Shown here: piece by piece, positions 1 through 10,501 of the stretch
Numbering within the stretch: position 1 is the stretch's first letter
Layout of the letters: each line of letters opens with the position of its first letter
Assembly: GCA_963668175.1 (NCBI GenBank)
Contig: OY764159.1
Location: forward strand, 2,048,001 to 2,112,000
DNA length: 64,000 nucleotides
Source of the DNA: Syntrophales bacterium
GTDB lineage: Bacteria; Desulfobacterota; Syntrophia; Syntrophales; PHBD01
Direction of reading: 5' to 3'
Program-made: the position numbers and the translations under genes
Notes under the pieces: model-generated
Seen by the model: only the letters and a program-made list of their open reading frames with translations
Told to the model about the DNA's origin: nothing
Databases searched by the model: none

Positions 1-185
1 TCTACCATCCAGATTTTTCTTTGATCGGAGAGAGAGCCTACAACAGATTCTTCAACCAGAATATCTTTACCCAACTGCCCTGGCCCGCGACCCAGTCTAC
101 GTACCTGTAAACCTTTACTGGAAAGCAATTCTTCGCACAGATCTTCGAACTTTTCATAGTCGGCGAGTTCGGAAAAATTAATCAT
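1..185 (-). CDS. N-terminal part (runs off window) of a putative Mrr-like PD-(D/E)xK restriction endonuclease
   Basis: Not in ORF track. Manual translation MINFSELADYEKFEDLCEELLSSKGLQVRRLGRGPGQLGKDILVEESVVGSLSDQRKIWMV(E) fits the FE..C..LL...G...D.....W.VE pattern. Its ATG overlaps the receiver gene stop (ATGA, 182-185). Confidence 0.65.
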   Translation of the reverse strand, partial: MINFSELADYEKFEDLCEELLSSKGLQVRRLGRGPGQLGKDILVEESVVGSLSDQRKIWMV

Positions 186-586
186 AATTTCTTTCTTCTT
201 TTAACATCCGACATTTTATCGACTAGTTGCCAAGGGTTCACATCCTTTTTTTCATATATAAAATGATTAGCGTGGCTGATTTCAGGAAGTGAACGAGTAT
301 CGGTATTCGTAAGACATATAACGGGGATTCTCTCATCTAAACCTCTCATTTTTTCTAAAAAACGCAGTCCTGTGCGCAATCCTTCTTTCGTATCCTGGTC
401 TTCAAACAGTCGTCCTGGAGGCATCATGATATCGAGGATCACAGCATCCACATCTTCAAGGTTTTCAACAATAGTCGCCCATGCTGCGTCGACGTTCGAA
501 ATTACATTGACTTGAAACCCAGAAAAACGAAATGCCTCAGTGAAAGGAGTAATATATTCCGGTTCATCGTCTATGAAAATTATCAT
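182..586 (-). CDS. Single-domain response regulator (receiver)
   Basis: MIIFIDDE...VILDIMMP...ICLT...K receiver motifs; ATG at 586; low GC. Confidence 0.9.
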   Translation of the reverse strand: MIIFIDDEPEYITPFTEAFRFSGFQVNVISNVDAAWATIVENLEDVDAVILDIMMPPGRLFEDQDTKEGLRTGLRFLEKMRGLDERIPVICLTNTDTRSLPEISHANHFIYEKKDVNPWQLVDKMSDVKRRKKL

Positions 587-1874
587 ATTGCTGCCTCCGG
601 ATGACTTGACTTTTTCCAATAGTTATTGCGAATTCAGTCGGATTAACCAGACTTGTGATTTCAATTTTCGCATCATGGACGGAAAGAAGATTTCTGACTG
701 TTGTTAGACCAATACCGGTTCCTGCTGTGACCTTCAGTTTGGCTTGCTTACCTCTGAATGTTGGTTCAAAAATACGTTCCATCTCTTCTTTCTCAATACC
801 TATTCCATAGTCTTGTATTAAAATACCAATATCTCCGGAAGGCAAGAATTCGACTTCAATATTGATTTGAAAAGCATCAGGATCATCATGGGCATACTTG
901 ATGGAATTGCCTAACATGTTGTTAAATATTTGACGGAATATTTTTCTGTCGATATTTAAGAGAGGCCAAGAGCCCCTATTTATGCATCTAATATTTGCTT
1001 GTTCAAATTTCCTTGAAGCAAGAAACGGCATCAGGCTGCCACGACATTTCGCAATCACATCTTTATAAAGATGACTTGGTTGTAAAACGAGATCCCTTTT
1101 AACCATCCGCCCAGATTTCGTATACATCGTCAATCCTTGAATAAGCGAAATAGCTTGCTCGCCGAATTTGATAACGTCATCGACACTACCAATCAAAGAT
1201 TCCCTAATGTCACGATCTGCAATAAAAGTTCCTTTTTGTACTATTCGTTGCATGAAGAATCCCGAATTCTTCATGCCCGATACAGGCGCGAGTAGTTCGT
1301 GCGTTACACTGTCTAAAAATGCTTCAAATCTTGTACGAAGCGTTGCTATAGTTATCAAAGATCCGATAGCATTACTAATAGATTCTGCTACTTGCACATC
1401 ATCATTATTGAATTCTATTATTTTGCCCAGTTTATTAAGTTTGTTTATTAGTCGTAATACGGCAATTTTATTATTTTTATCATCTAATATTGGATTTGCG
1501 ATAATTGATTTTGGTCGTTCAATATCTTCGAAAAATGTATCAGATGTCAATAATACTGACTTAAGGTTTTTTTCAGTTAGTAGTGTGGGAGTATCTGAAT
1601 TGAACATTTGCCAAATTGCTACTTCCTGGCCTAAGGGGGGAATCTCAATAGCGTTCTTAATGTTGGTACCTTGCAGATATTTGAGATTGCCTGCATACTC
1701 ATCATATAAGAAGACAGAGCATGCTTGGCATGGCAGGATAGATTTGAGGTGGTTTAGTGTAAACCTTATCTTGTCTTTTAAAGAATAGTCTTTCTTATAA
1801 AGTTCTAAGACAATCTTATTTTGGACATCTCCTATCACGCAACTTCTCCTAATAATCATTAAGATCGGATGCAT
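564..1874 (-). CDS. GAF-domain sensor histidine kinase (start uncertain)
   Basis: N-terminal GAF-like region; H-box THELLAP; N-box NSIKY; DYGIGI; GTGIGL; no TM helices; low GC. Confidence 0.9.
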   Translation of the reverse strand: MHPILMIIRRSCVIGDVQNKIVLELYKKDYSLKDKIRFTLNHLKSILPCQACSVFLYDEYAGNLKYLQGTNIKNAIEIPPLGQEVAIWQMFNSDTPTLLTEKNLKSVLLTSDTFFEDIERPKSIIANPILDDKNNKIAVLRLINKLNKLGKIIEFNNDDVQVAESISNAIGSLITIATLRTRFEAFLDSVTHELLAPVSGMKNSGFFMQRIVQKGTFIADRDIRESLIGSVDDVIKFGEQAISLIQGLTMYTKSGRMVKRDLVLQPSHLYKDVIAKCRGSLMPFLASRKFEQANIRCINRGSWPLLNIDRKIFRQIFNNMLGNSIKYAHDDPDAFQINIEVEFLPSGDIGILIQDYGIGIEKEEMERIFEPTFRGKQAKLKVTAGTGIGLTTVRNLLSVHDAKIEITSLVNPTEFAITIGKSQVIRRQQYDNFHRR

Positions 1875-2067
1875 CTAACAGATATCATAAAATATGCTAT
1901 AAATTATCAGATTTTATATAATAAATCAACTATTAATTTCATCAATTTCGGTAGATCGGGTTCTTCTTATTGCATTCACCTTCAGAAGAAATCCGGTTCA
2001 TTTTCACCTTGACATCCCCGCCTAATCATTGGTACAAATACCAATAAGCCAACAGAAGGAGTACAGT

Positions 2068-2385
2068 TTGATCACTTTTGCCGAGGCGGAGATCAGGACG
2101 AAGATCATCAAGGCGCTGGCGCATCCGGCGCGGCTTATGATCGTCGAACTGCTGAAAGAAGGGGAGGCCCCCTTCGGGAAGATCCACGGCCTGTTTACGT
2201 CCGACAAGTCCACCGTATCGAAGCATCTCCTCGTGCTAAAGGAGGCGGGCATCGTCTCGTCGCGCAAAAGCGGCCTCGACATGTTCTACAAGCTCGAAGT
2301 CCCCTGCATCACGGAATTCTTCGGCTGCGTCACCGCCGTCATCGAAAACAACGTGGAAAAGCAGCAGTGCTGCCTGCGCAAATAG
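2068..2385 (+). CDS. arsR: ArsR/SmtB family transcriptional repressor
   Basis: KALAHPARL..STVSKHL..LK.AG motif; C-terminal Cys residues; TTG start after AAGGAG. Confidence 0.88.
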   Translation: MITFAEAEIRTKIIKALAHPARLMIVELLKEGEAPFGKIHGLFTSDKSTVSKHLLVLKEAGIVSSRKSGLDMFYKLEVPCITEFFGCVTAVIENNVEKQQCCLRK

Positions 2386-2459
2386 CTGTATGCGCATATA
2401 TTTTTTACGTAACAGTTGGCCGGTTTGCCAACAGGCCATTTCAGTGAGGTGAATTTTCA

Positions 2460-3407
2460 ATGTTAAAGAGTGCCGCCGATTATCTCGTCTTCAACCTGAT
2501 GGGTTTCCAGCCGGGGACCCACAGCGGGGAAGCCGTCAACTTCTTCGTCTACGACACGGCCAAGGTCTTTCTCCTGCTCATCGTCATTATTTTTGCCGTG
2601 GCGGTCATCCGCAGCTTCTTCCCGCCGGAGCGGGCGAGGAAGCTCCTGAGCCATAAGCGGGAGTATGTGGGCAACACCCTTGCGGCGCTCCTCGGCATCG
2701 TCACGCCCTTCTGCTCGTGCTCCGCCGTGCCGATGTTCATCGGCTTCATCGAAGCCGGCCTGCCGCTCGGCGTCACCTTCTCCTTCCTCATCTCGTCGCC
2801 CGCCGTGAACGAGGTCGCCCTGATCATGCTCTGGGGGCTCTTCGGCTGGAAGGTCGCCCTCATCTACACGGCCACGGGCGTCATCATCGCCATCATCGCG
2901 GGGATCGTGATCGGGAAGCTGAACCTGGAAAACCAGGTGGAGGACTACGTCTACGAGATCAGGATGGGCGAGGCCGTCGTCATCGTGCCGACGTGGAAGG
3001 AGCGGCTGACCTATGCGCGGGACTACACGAAGGACATCCTGAAGCGCGTGTGGCTCTTCGTGCTCCTCGGCATCGGCCTGGGCGGCCTGATCCACGGCTA
3101 CGTGCCGATTGATTTCGTCGTCAAGTACGCCGGGCCGGACAACCCCTTCGCCGTCATCGTCGCGGTCATCCTCGGGGTGCCGCTTTACTCCAACGCCGCC
3201 GGGACCATTCCCATCGTCCAGGCGCTCGTCGGCAAGGGACTGCCCATGGGCACGGCGCTGGCCTTCATGATGGCGATCGTCGCCATCTCGCCGCCTGAGA
3301 TGATCATCCTGCGCAAGGTGATCAAGCCCAAGCTCATCGCCATTTTTGCCGGGGTCGTGTCGGCGGCCATCGTCGTCGTCGGCTACCTCTTCAACGCCAT
3401 TTTATAG
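2460..3407 (+). CDS. ArsP/DUF318 family permease
   Basis: TPFCSCS and GVPLY motifs; multi-TM; ars context. Confidence 0.88.
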   Translation: MLKSAADYLVFNLMGFQPGTHSGEAVNFFVYDTAKVFLLLIVIIFAVAVIRSFFPPERARKLLSHKREYVGNTLAALLGIVTPFCSCSAVPMFIGFIEAGLPLGVTFSFLISSPAVNEVALIMLWGLFGWKVALIYTATGVIIAIIAGIVIGKLNLENQVEDYVYEIRMGEAVVIVPTWKERLTYARDYTKDILKRVWLFVLLGIGLGGLIHGYVPIDFVVKYAGPDNPFAVIVAVILGVPLYSNAAGTIPIVQALVGKGLPMGTALAFMMAIVAISPPEMIILRKVIKPKLIAIFAGVVSAAIVVVGYLFNAIL

Positions 3408-3416
3408 AAGGGAGTT

Positions 3417-3650
3417 ATGAAAATGAAGATTCAGATCCTGGGGCCGGGCTGCGCCAACTGCGAGAAGCTCGCCAAGAACGCCGCCGAGGCCTGCAAGGCC
3501 AGGGGGCTCGAGTGCGAGATCGTGAAAGTCACGGACATGAAGGATATCCTGAGTATGGGCGTCATGCAGACGCCGGGCCTCGCCGTGGACGGGAAGGTGA
3601 AGAGCGTGGGCAGGGTGCTGTCGGCGGCGGACATCGAGAAACTCCTCTAA
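3417..3650 (+). CDS. Small thioredoxin-like redox protein (MTH895 type)
   Basis: LGPGCANC...TPGLAVDG. Confidence 0.9.
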   Translation: MKMKIQILGPGCANCEKLAKNAAEACKARGLECEIVKVTDMKDILSMGVMQTPGLAVDGKVKSVGRVLSAADIEKLL

Positions 3651-3651
3651 G

Positions 3652-3838
3652 AGGCAGTTGAAAAACGCCCATCTGCCGTGTTGTTTATCACCTTCAGGTG
3701 ACGCTTCGTCCCTCGGATGCTCACGTACCCTTATGTACGCTCCGCTCCTCGGCCCTCGCGCGCCTTGCAGCTGGACGTTTTTGAGCACCCCCTATACAGG
3801 GGGCATGGCCTGCGCAACATCGCGTTTTTTGACAAGCG
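3652..3838. repeat. MITE-like intergenic repeat, copy 1
   Basis: Starts GGCAGTTGAAAAACGCCCATCTG, ends GTTTTTTGACAAG; homologous to 16644-16870 and 49418-49487. Confidence 0.75.
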
Positions 3839-3928
3839 GACATTAAACAACCATTCGGCAGCGGACGGATGAATGCCCGGCCGCAGGCCGAGAGTCGAAC
3901 CATCTTCTTTTAAAGGGGGAAAAGGATT

Positions 3929-4303
3929 ATGTCGGAACAAAAAGCAACATGCTGCAGCGGAGAAGTCAAGACGCTGGTCCTGGCCTGTTCGGGCGGATCG
4001 AACGTGGGGCAGGTATCGAACAACGTCATGGTGGAACTGGACAAGAAGGGGCTGGGGAGCGGCTTCTGCCTGATCGGCCTGGGGGCGGACCTTTCGGGCT
4101 TCGTCGAAAGCTCGAAGGCGGCAAGGACGATCCTGATCGACGGCTGCACGGTGGCCTGCGGCAAGAAGGTCTTTGCCAAGCACGGCATCGAACCGTCGCA
4201 CTATTTTGTCGTGACCGATTTCGGCATCGAGAAGAAGCACGCCTTCGACACCCTCGCCGAAGAGACGGACCGGGCGCTGGGCAGAATCGTCCCGCAAATC
4301 TGA
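3929..4303 (+). CDS. Putative zinc-binding (DGC domain) protein
   Basis: [10 protein letters not shown]...C...IDGC..AC. Confidence 0.88.
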   Translation: MSEQKATCCSGEVKTLVLACSGGSNVGQVSNNVMVELDKKGLGSGFCLIGLGADLSGFVESSKAARTILIDGCTVACGKKVFAKHGIEPSHYFVVTDFGIEKKHAFDTLAEETDRALGRIVPQI

Positions 4304-4401
4304 CGGCAGACAGGGACGCGGTCTTATTACCCGACGGCGCGACGTATCCATGCGGACGACGCCATCGTACAGTCGCATCCTGCACAGGAGAATCAATCAT
4401 T

Positions 4402-5493
4402 ATGGTACAGACAACGGTAAAACGCCTCGGTTTTCTCGATCGCTTTCTCACGCTCTGGATTTTTGCCGCGATGCTGATCGGCGTCCTCTGGGGTTACTTC
4501 TATCCAGGCATCCGGGAGACGATCAACGCCTTCCAGGCGGGCACCACCAACATCCCCATCGCCATCGGCCTGATCCTCATGATGTATCCGCCGCTCGCGC
4601 GCGTCCGTTACGAAGAGCTGGGCAAGGTCTTCCGCAATATCCGGATTCTCGGCCTTTCGCTGGTCCTCAACTGGATCGTGGGGCCGGTGCTGATGTTCGT
4701 GCTCGCCGTCGTCTTCCTGTCCGCGCACCAGGAATACATGGTGGGATTGATCCTGGTCGGCCTCGCCCGGTGCATCGCCATGGTCATCGTCTGGAACGAA
4801 CTGGCCGAAGGGAACAGGGAATACTGCGCGGGGCTCGTCGCCTTCAACGCCATCTTCCAGATGCTCCTCTATGCGGTCTACGCCTATTTCTTCATTACCG
4901 TACTGCCGGGATGGCTGGGCCTCAAGGGCATGACGGTGAATGTCGCCATGACCGATGTCGTGAAGACGGTCCTCGTCTATCTCGGCATCCCTTTCTTCGC
5001 CGGCATGCTGTCCCGGTATTTCCTGATCCGTTCCAAAGGAAGGGAATGGTACGAGGAGAAGTTCATCCCCCGGATCAGCCCGATTACGCTCGTGGCGCTG
5101 CTCTTCACGATCCTCGTCATGTTTTCGCTGAAGGGCGAGTACATCGTCCAGCTTCCGCTGGACGTCGTCCGGATTGCCATCCCGCTCACGATTTATTTTC
5201 TCCTGATGTTCTTCGCGACCTTTTATTTTTCCCGGAAAATCGGGGCCGACTATGCCACCGCCTCGACACTCTCCTTCACGTCGGCGTCGAACGATTTCGA
5301 ATTGGCCATCGCCGTGGCCGTCGCCGTCTTCGGCATCGATTCCAGCCAGGCCTTCGCCACGGTCATCGGCCCCCTGATGGAGGTTCCGGTGCTCATCGCC
5401 CTAGTGAATGCGGCCCTCTATTTCCGGAAAAAGTATTTTCCCTATGCCGTGGAAACCCCGGCAGGGGTCTGTTACATGAGCTGTAAGGAATGA
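4402..5493 (+). CDS. acr3: ACR3 family arsenite efflux transporter
   Basis: [45 protein letters not shown] 4402 after AGGAG. Confidence 0.93.
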   Translation: MVQTTVKRLGFLDRFLTLWIFAAMLIGVLWGYFYPGIRETINAFQAGTTNIPIAIGLILMMYPPLARVRYEELGKVFRNIRILGLSLVLNWIVGPVLMFVLAVVFLSAHQEYMVGLILVGLARCIAMVIVWNELAEGNREYCAGLVAFNAIFQMLLYAVYAYFFITVLPGWLGLKGMTVNVAMTDVVKTVLVYLGIPFFAGMLSRYFLIRSKGREWYEEKFIPRISPITLVALLFTILVMFSLKGEYIVQLPLDVVRIAIPLTIYFLLMFFATFYFSRKIGADYATASTLSFTSASNDFELAIAVAVAVFGIDSSQAFATVIGPLMEVPVLIALVNAALYFRKKYFPYAVETPAGVCYMSCKE

Positions 5494-5513
5494 CGTATTA
5501 AAGGAGAGAAACC

Positions 5514-5957
5514 ATGGGTGCCGTCGAGCGGGTCCTTTTCGTCTGCGTCCACAACAGCGCCCGCAGCCAGATGGCGGAGGCCTGGATGAACCGCCTGTGC
5601 GGGGACCGGTTCCGGGCGTCGAGTGCGGGCCTTGAGCCGGGGAAGCTGAATCCCCTGGTCGTGGCTGTTATGAAGGAAACGGGGATCGACCTGTCGGGCA
5701 AGGCCACGCGGGGAATCGACGACGTCGTCGCAGCGGGCGAGACGTTCGACTATGTCGTCACCGTCTGCGACGAGGCCTCGGCGGAGCGCTGCCCCTATTT
5801 TCCGGGGCAGGGCAGGCGGCTGCACATGGGCTTCGCCGATCCGGGCGCCGTGGAAGGAACGGACGAGGAGAAGCTGCGCACGATCCGGGCGATCCGGGAT
5901 TCCATCAGGGAGGCCGTGGATGCCTTCTGCCGCTACCGCGCCCGAAGGGACGTTTGA
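5514..5957 (+). CDS. arsC: Arsenate reductase (LMW-PTP fold)
   Basis: VLFVCVHNSARSQMAE, VTVCD, CP.FPG, F.DP. Confidence 0.92.
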   Translation: MGAVERVLFVCVHNSARSQMAEAWMNRLCGDRFRASSAGLEPGKLNPLVVAVMKETGIDLSGKATRGIDDVVAAGETFDYVVTVCDEASAERCPYFPGQGRRLHMGFADPGAVEGTDEEKLRTIRAIRDSIREAVDAFCRYRARRDV

Positions 5958-6059
5958 TCGAAAAAGCGTCCCCGGCAGCGCCGCCGGTCATGCCATGACG
6001 GCCTCATAACGCAGCATGGGGGGCGTAAGGGCTTTGTCCCCTTTCCTTAACATTGGCGG

Positions 6060-7130
6060 GTGAAGATGTTGAAACAGCCGATGTCCATAGCCGCCGTGCG
6101 GTCGCACCTGGCTTCCCGCCTCAGGACATGGTGGGAGCTGGAATGGATGCCCTGGCTCGACTGGGTGCAGGTCGAGGTCACCTCGCGCTGCAACGCCGCC
6201 TGCATCTATTGCCCGAGAACGGTCTACGGCCCCCGGTGGAAGAACCGGGACCTCTCCCCCGACACCTTTGAGAAGCTGCTGCCCGTTCTCTCCAAGACGA
6301 AGATGGTGCATCTGCAGGGATGGGGCGAACCGCTGCTGCACGGGCACTTTTACGACCTGGTTGCCCGCATCAAAAAAGCGGGATGCAGGGTGGGCACGAC
6401 GACCAACGGCATGCTCCTCGACCGCCGGGAGATAGGGAAGCTGGTGGCCTGCGGCATCGACCACGTCGCGTTTTCCCTGACGGGTATCGGCGAAAAAAAC
6501 GACGCCGTGCGGAGAGGCACAAGCTTCGAAAAGGTCGTCGAGACCATTGCCGGTATCGCCGCCGGGAAAAAGGCCCTCGGGGTCGAAACGCCCGCCGTCA
6601 ATGTGGCTTATCTGCTTCTCCGCTCCGACCTGCCGAACATCTGCAATATCGTTCCGGCGCTCGCGGGGCTTGGAATCCGGCAGGTCGTCGTCAGCACGCT
6701 CGACTTTGTCCCAGGTGGGGAGCTTCGGGAGGAACAGCTCATCCCCCGGGACGAGGCGGAAAACCGGGAACTGAAATCCGTCCTGGGCAGGCTGGCGGCC
6801 GCGGGCAAACGATCGGGGCTCAACGTCTCCTGCCGCCTGGCTTCGCCGGATGCGGGAGGGAGCGTCTGCACGGAGAATCCCGGCGCGAGCCTCTTCGTGT
6901 CGGCGGACGGGAACGTGTCGCCTTGCGTCTTCACGAATATCCCCGTCTCTGAAGCCTCGCACATCGCCGGGGGCAGGGAGCAGGAGTATCTGCCGCTCAC
7001 GTTCGGCACGGTCGCCGAAAAATCCGTGCCGGTCATCTGGCTGGGGAGCCGCTACAGGGCATTCCGGGACTCCTTCGGTTCGGAGCCCCGTCCCGGCTGC
7101 CTCGCATGTCCGAAACTCCGTGAAATCTGA
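6060..7130 (+). CDS. Radical SAM protein with SPASM/Twitch-type C-terminus
   Basis: CNAACIYC, GWGEPLL, C-terminal C...PC...CLAC. Confidence 0.88.
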   Translation: MKMLKQPMSIAAVRSHLASRLRTWWELEWMPWLDWVQVEVTSRCNAACIYCPRTVYGPRWKNRDLSPDTFEKLLPVLSKTKMVHLQGWGEPLLHGHFYDLVARIKKAGCRVGTTTNGMLLDRREIGKLVACGIDHVAFSLTGIGEKNDAVRRGTSFEKVVETIAGIAAGKKALGVETPAVNVAYLLLRSDLPNICNIVPALAGLGIRQVVVSTLDFVPGGELREEQLIPRDEAENRELKSVLGRLAAAGKRSGLNVSCRLASPDAGGSVCTENPGASLFVSADGNVSPCVFTNIPVSEASHIAGGREQEYLPLTFGTVAEKSVPVIWLGSRYRAFRDSFGSEPRPGCLACPKLREI

Positions 7131-7268
7131 AATGCCTCAAGCATGGGACGATCCGGGGAAAGGCCGGCGCAGGCCCGGCCGATTCGCGTTTCCTATGGGA
7201 GAACGGCGGGGGTGTTCCGCCGTGTGTGCGCGTACGAGCGATTGAACGCCGGAGCGGTTCCGAAGCCG

Positions 7269-9026
7269 TTATGCCGGATTGCGCCCGGCGTCGCCGCCGT
7301 GCTCGTCGAGGATCGACTGCTGCGCCCGCAGCAGGTCGTGAAGCGTGACGATGCCCGCGATCTCTCCCGTCTTCTCGTCGAGCAGAATAATGAAATCGTG
7401 GGGCGCCTCGGTGATCCTGGCGCTCACATCGCGGACGCTCTGGTCCGGCGAACAGACTACCGCGGGGGAAACGGCCGGGCTCTTCCCGCCCGCAAGGAGC
7501 GACGCCATCTGCTCGCGGGTGATGAGGCCCAGACGTTCGCCGTCGGCCTGAAACGGAAAACATCGATAGGGATGGCTGTCGAGGATCTCCCTGAGATGGC
7601 CCGCCTCCGTGCTCCGGACGATCACCGGCTTCCTGTTGGCGATCGACGAGATGGGCAGTTTCTGCCAGCTCTTGATATCCAGGGGAGGGCGGATCTTGAT
7701 CAGTTCGTGGCCGTCCTGCAATAGTATGGCGTCGTAGAAATTCTGCCTGCCGAAGGCGTGCGAGACGACGATGCTGACGACCGCGCCGATCATGAGCCCG
7801 GGGACGAAGGCGAACTGGTGGGTCATCTCGAAGACGATCAGGACCGAAGTCAGGGGGGCCCTGACGACGGCCCCGAGACAGGTGCTCATGCCGACGGCGG
7901 AAAGGATGATGCGGTCGGAAGGCGTCAGGGGGATATGGAAGTTGACGAGGGCGCCGATGAAATAGCCGCACATGCCGCCGAGGAAGAGCGTCGGCGAAAA
8001 GACGCCGCCGCAGGCGCCGAACCCGTAGGACAGAATCGTCGCGGCCAGTTTTGCGGCGACCATGATCCCCGCCACCCACCAGATATAGTCGTTTTCCAGG
8101 GCGCTGGAGAGGTCGTGATATCCCAGGCCGAAGACGCCGAATTTCCCCGTGAAATAATACACGGAAGCGCCGATGATCCAGACAAGGAAACCGCCGCAGC
8201 ACGGGAGAAGCCAGGGGGGCACGGTCTTCTGCCGCATAAGGCGACCCCGGAGAAACAGGGTGGCCTTCTGAAAAAGCGAGCCCGTCACGGCCGCCACCGC
8301 GGCGACGAGAGGCGCGACGGCGTAATGGACCCACGATATCTCTTCGACGGACGGCAGCTTGAAGGCGGGCTGCCTTCCGAGAAGGGCATAGACGACAAAG
8401 GCCCCGATCAGGGCGGCAAGGACGACCCGGCCGATAAAACGGCTGTTGAGGTCCCCCACGAACTCTTCCAGGATGAACGTGACCGCCGCCAGCGGCGCGT
8501 TGAAGGCCGCCGCCAAACCTGCGGCCGCGCCGGTAACGACGGCGAATCTTCTCTGCCTCACGGGGATGCCGAGGGCGCCCGCCACGTTCGACGCAATGCC
8601 GCCGCCGATATAGACCGTCGGTCCTTCCCGTCCCAGGCTGGCCCCGCCTCCGATGCTCAATATTCCTGCCGCGAATTTAACAAGGACGGGCAGAAACGGG
8701 ACATAACCGATCTCCTTCCAGTAGGCGGCCTTGAGCTGCGGTATGCCGCTGCCCGCCGACTCCGGGCTGAAGCGGTAGAGCAGGAGCCCCACGGCGAGGG
8801 ACGACCCCATGATCGTGAGAAAGCTCGCCGCCAGGAAGTATGGGACGGAGCGTCCCGCGAATCCGACGAATGTCCGGTCGAAAAGGTAATTGATGCCGAC
8901 CATGAAGGCGACGGCCGCCGCACCGGCGAACGCGCCGCAAACGATCGTATAGACGAGGACGCGGCTGTTATAGGGCAGGCGCCTGAGGGAAGAGAGCAGC
9001 CGGTCCGATGCTGTTCCGTAATTCAA
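7269..9026 (-). CDS. ClC chloride channel/H+ antiporter with CBS domains (start uncertain)
   Basis: GSGIP, GREGP, GGVFSP signatures; CBS-like tail. Confidence 0.92.
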   Translation of the reverse strand: MNYGTASDRLLSSLRRLPYNSRVLVYTIVCGAFAGAAAVAFMVGINYLFDRTFVGFAGRSVPYFLAASFLTIMGSSLAVGLLLYRFSPESAGSGIPQLKAAYWKEIGYVPFLPVLVKFAAGILSIGGGASLGREGPTVYIGGGIASNVAGALGIPVRQRRFAVVTGAAAGLAAAFNAPLAAVTFILEEFVGDLNSRFIGRVVLAALIGAFVVYALLGRQPAFKLPSVEEISWVHYAVAPLVAAVAAVTGSLFQKATLFLRGRLMRQKTVPPWLLPCCGGFLVWIIGASVYYFTGKFGVFGLGYHDLSSALENDYIWWVAGIMVAAKLAATILSYGFGACGGVFSPTLFLGGMCGYFIGALVNFHIPLTPSDRIILSAVGMSTCLGAVVRAPLTSVLIVFEMTHQFAFVPGLMIGAVVSIVVSHAFGRQNFYDAILLQDGHELIKIRPPLDIKSWQKLPISSIANRKPVIVRSTEAGHLREILDSHPYRCFPFQADGERLGLITREQMASLLAGGKSPAVSPAVVCSPDQSVRDVSARITEAPHDFIILLDEKTGEIAGIVTLHDLLRAQQSILDEHGGDAGRNPA

Positions 9027-9276
9027 GAAACGACTCCGGTCGGACAGGTCCGTTCGCTGGAACCATATCCGGTTCTTTAATCTTCAAACAATATATCATA
9101 TTTTTTTATCATGTATATCGATAATTTATCCCTGCCGGACGAAAAGGCCGCCGCGCCGCACACCCGATAAGTCTTTAAGACTGAGGGGCTTAAAAAAACT
9201 TGATTTCTATGCTAATCATCTGTATGCTAATCAAATAAAACCGTATCCGGGTGGAAGCCTTCGTTGAAAGGAGCAT

Positions 9277-9816
9277 ATGAAGGATACTGCAAAGCAGGTT
9301 GCAGAAATCGTGGACAACATACGGCGGGTCTTTCAGGTCGTCAACGAGCAATCGCAGAAAGTGAAGCGCGAAACCGGCCTCACGGGTCCGCAGATCTGGA
9401 CCGTCAAGACCATTCTCGACGAGGCCCCCCTGAGCATCAAGGAGCTTGCGCGCCGTGTGTATCTGCATCCTGCAACGGTGGTGGGGATCGTCGACCGCCT
9501 GGAGGAAAACGGCTATGTGACGAGAACGCGGTCCCTGGAAGACCGAAGGGTCGTTCTGGTCGCATTGACGGCGAAGGGAAGGAAACTGGTGGCGAACGCG
9601 CCCGCAGTCATCCAGGGCATCCTTATAACCGGCCTGGAAAAACTGCCGGCGAAAAAACGCAAGATTATCGACGACGGTCTCATCGAACTCGTGAAGATGC
9701 TGGGGATCGAGACCATGCCGCCGCAGCTCATTCTGTCGCAGGATTTGAATGTGCGGAGCCGCACAAAGAGCGGCGCGGGACGCGGGGCAAAGGGAATGAA
9801 GACGAAGAGGGTTTAG
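9277..9816 (+). CDS. MarR family regulator
   Basis: GLTGPQ..ELA...TV.GIVDRLE..G.V.R....DRR. Confidence 0.9.
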   Translation: MKDTAKQVAEIVDNIRRVFQVVNEQSQKVKRETGLTGPQIWTVKTILDEAPLSIKELARRVYLHPATVVGIVDRLEENGYVTRTRSLEDRRVVLVALTAKGRKLVANAPAVIQGILITGLEKLPAKKRKIIDDGLIELVKMLGIETMPPQLILSQDLNVRSRTKSGAGRGAKGMKTKRV

Positions 9817-9821
9817 CGGTC

Positions 9822-10367
9822 ATGAAGAGAGGGACTTATCGCAGCGTATCCGGATGGTCGATCGGGGTGTGCCTGCTGTCGCTTCTGCTGACCGCCGTTC
9901 CGGCGGGAGCGGATTACAAGACGGGCATGACGGACCAGGTCAAGGGCACATTCAACAGGTTCGCCGAGATGTACGGCAAAAAGGACATCAAGGGGATCAT
10001 GTCCATGTTCGCCGACGATCCGGACATTGTCGCCATCGGGCTCTGCGAAAGGCAGGCGGCGGTCGGACCTGCGGCCGTCAGGAAAATGTTCGAAAGGGAC
10101 ATGTCCTTATCCAAAGCGGCGATCAAGCTCCCATTCGACGTCGTCTCCGTGGACAGCCTGGGGCTTACGGCCTGGATGGCCGCAAGCGTTTACCCCTATG
10201 CCGTCTTGAGTAACGAAAAAATCGTAAAAGGAGTCCAGGGGAGTCTGACCATGGTCTTGAGAAAAATCAAGGGCCAGTGGCGCATTCTTCAGTTGCATTT
10301 TTCCGTCCCCACCGACGGCGGAAGCCTTGTTGGGGGCGATCGGCTGGCAGGGAAAAAGACGCCGTAG
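9822..10367 (+). CDS. Exported SnoaL/NTF2-like protein
   Basis: Signal peptide; C-terminal T.VLRK..G.WRI...HFS. Confidence 0.8.
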   Translation: MKRGTYRSVSGWSIGVCLLSLLLTAVPAGADYKTGMTDQVKGTFNRFAEMYGKKDIKGIMSMFADDPDIVAIGLCERQAAVGPAAVRKMFERDMSLSKAAIKLPFDVVSVDSLGLTAWMAASVYPYAVLSNEKIVKGVQGSLTMVLRKIKGQWRILQLHFSVPTDGGSLVGGDRLAGKKTP

Positions 10368-10501
10368 CCCGGGATGCGCATAAAGCATCTGCGGCGCCGT
10401 TTTTCCAATTCGGCTGCAACAGGGCGGGGCCTCATGCGCATGGAATACCTCCTTTCAGTTTCCAGGCACGCCCCGCTCTGATATGCAGATAAGGATAAGG
10501 C

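Noticed and set aside
3949..4401. 151-aa N-terminal extension of Acr3
   Set aside because: Overlaps the DGC gene in another frame; ATG 4402 has an RBS and a family-typical start
9264..9821. 367-aa ORF spanning marR and the SnoaL gene
   Set aside because: The N-terminal half is a shadow frame of marR; real start at 9822
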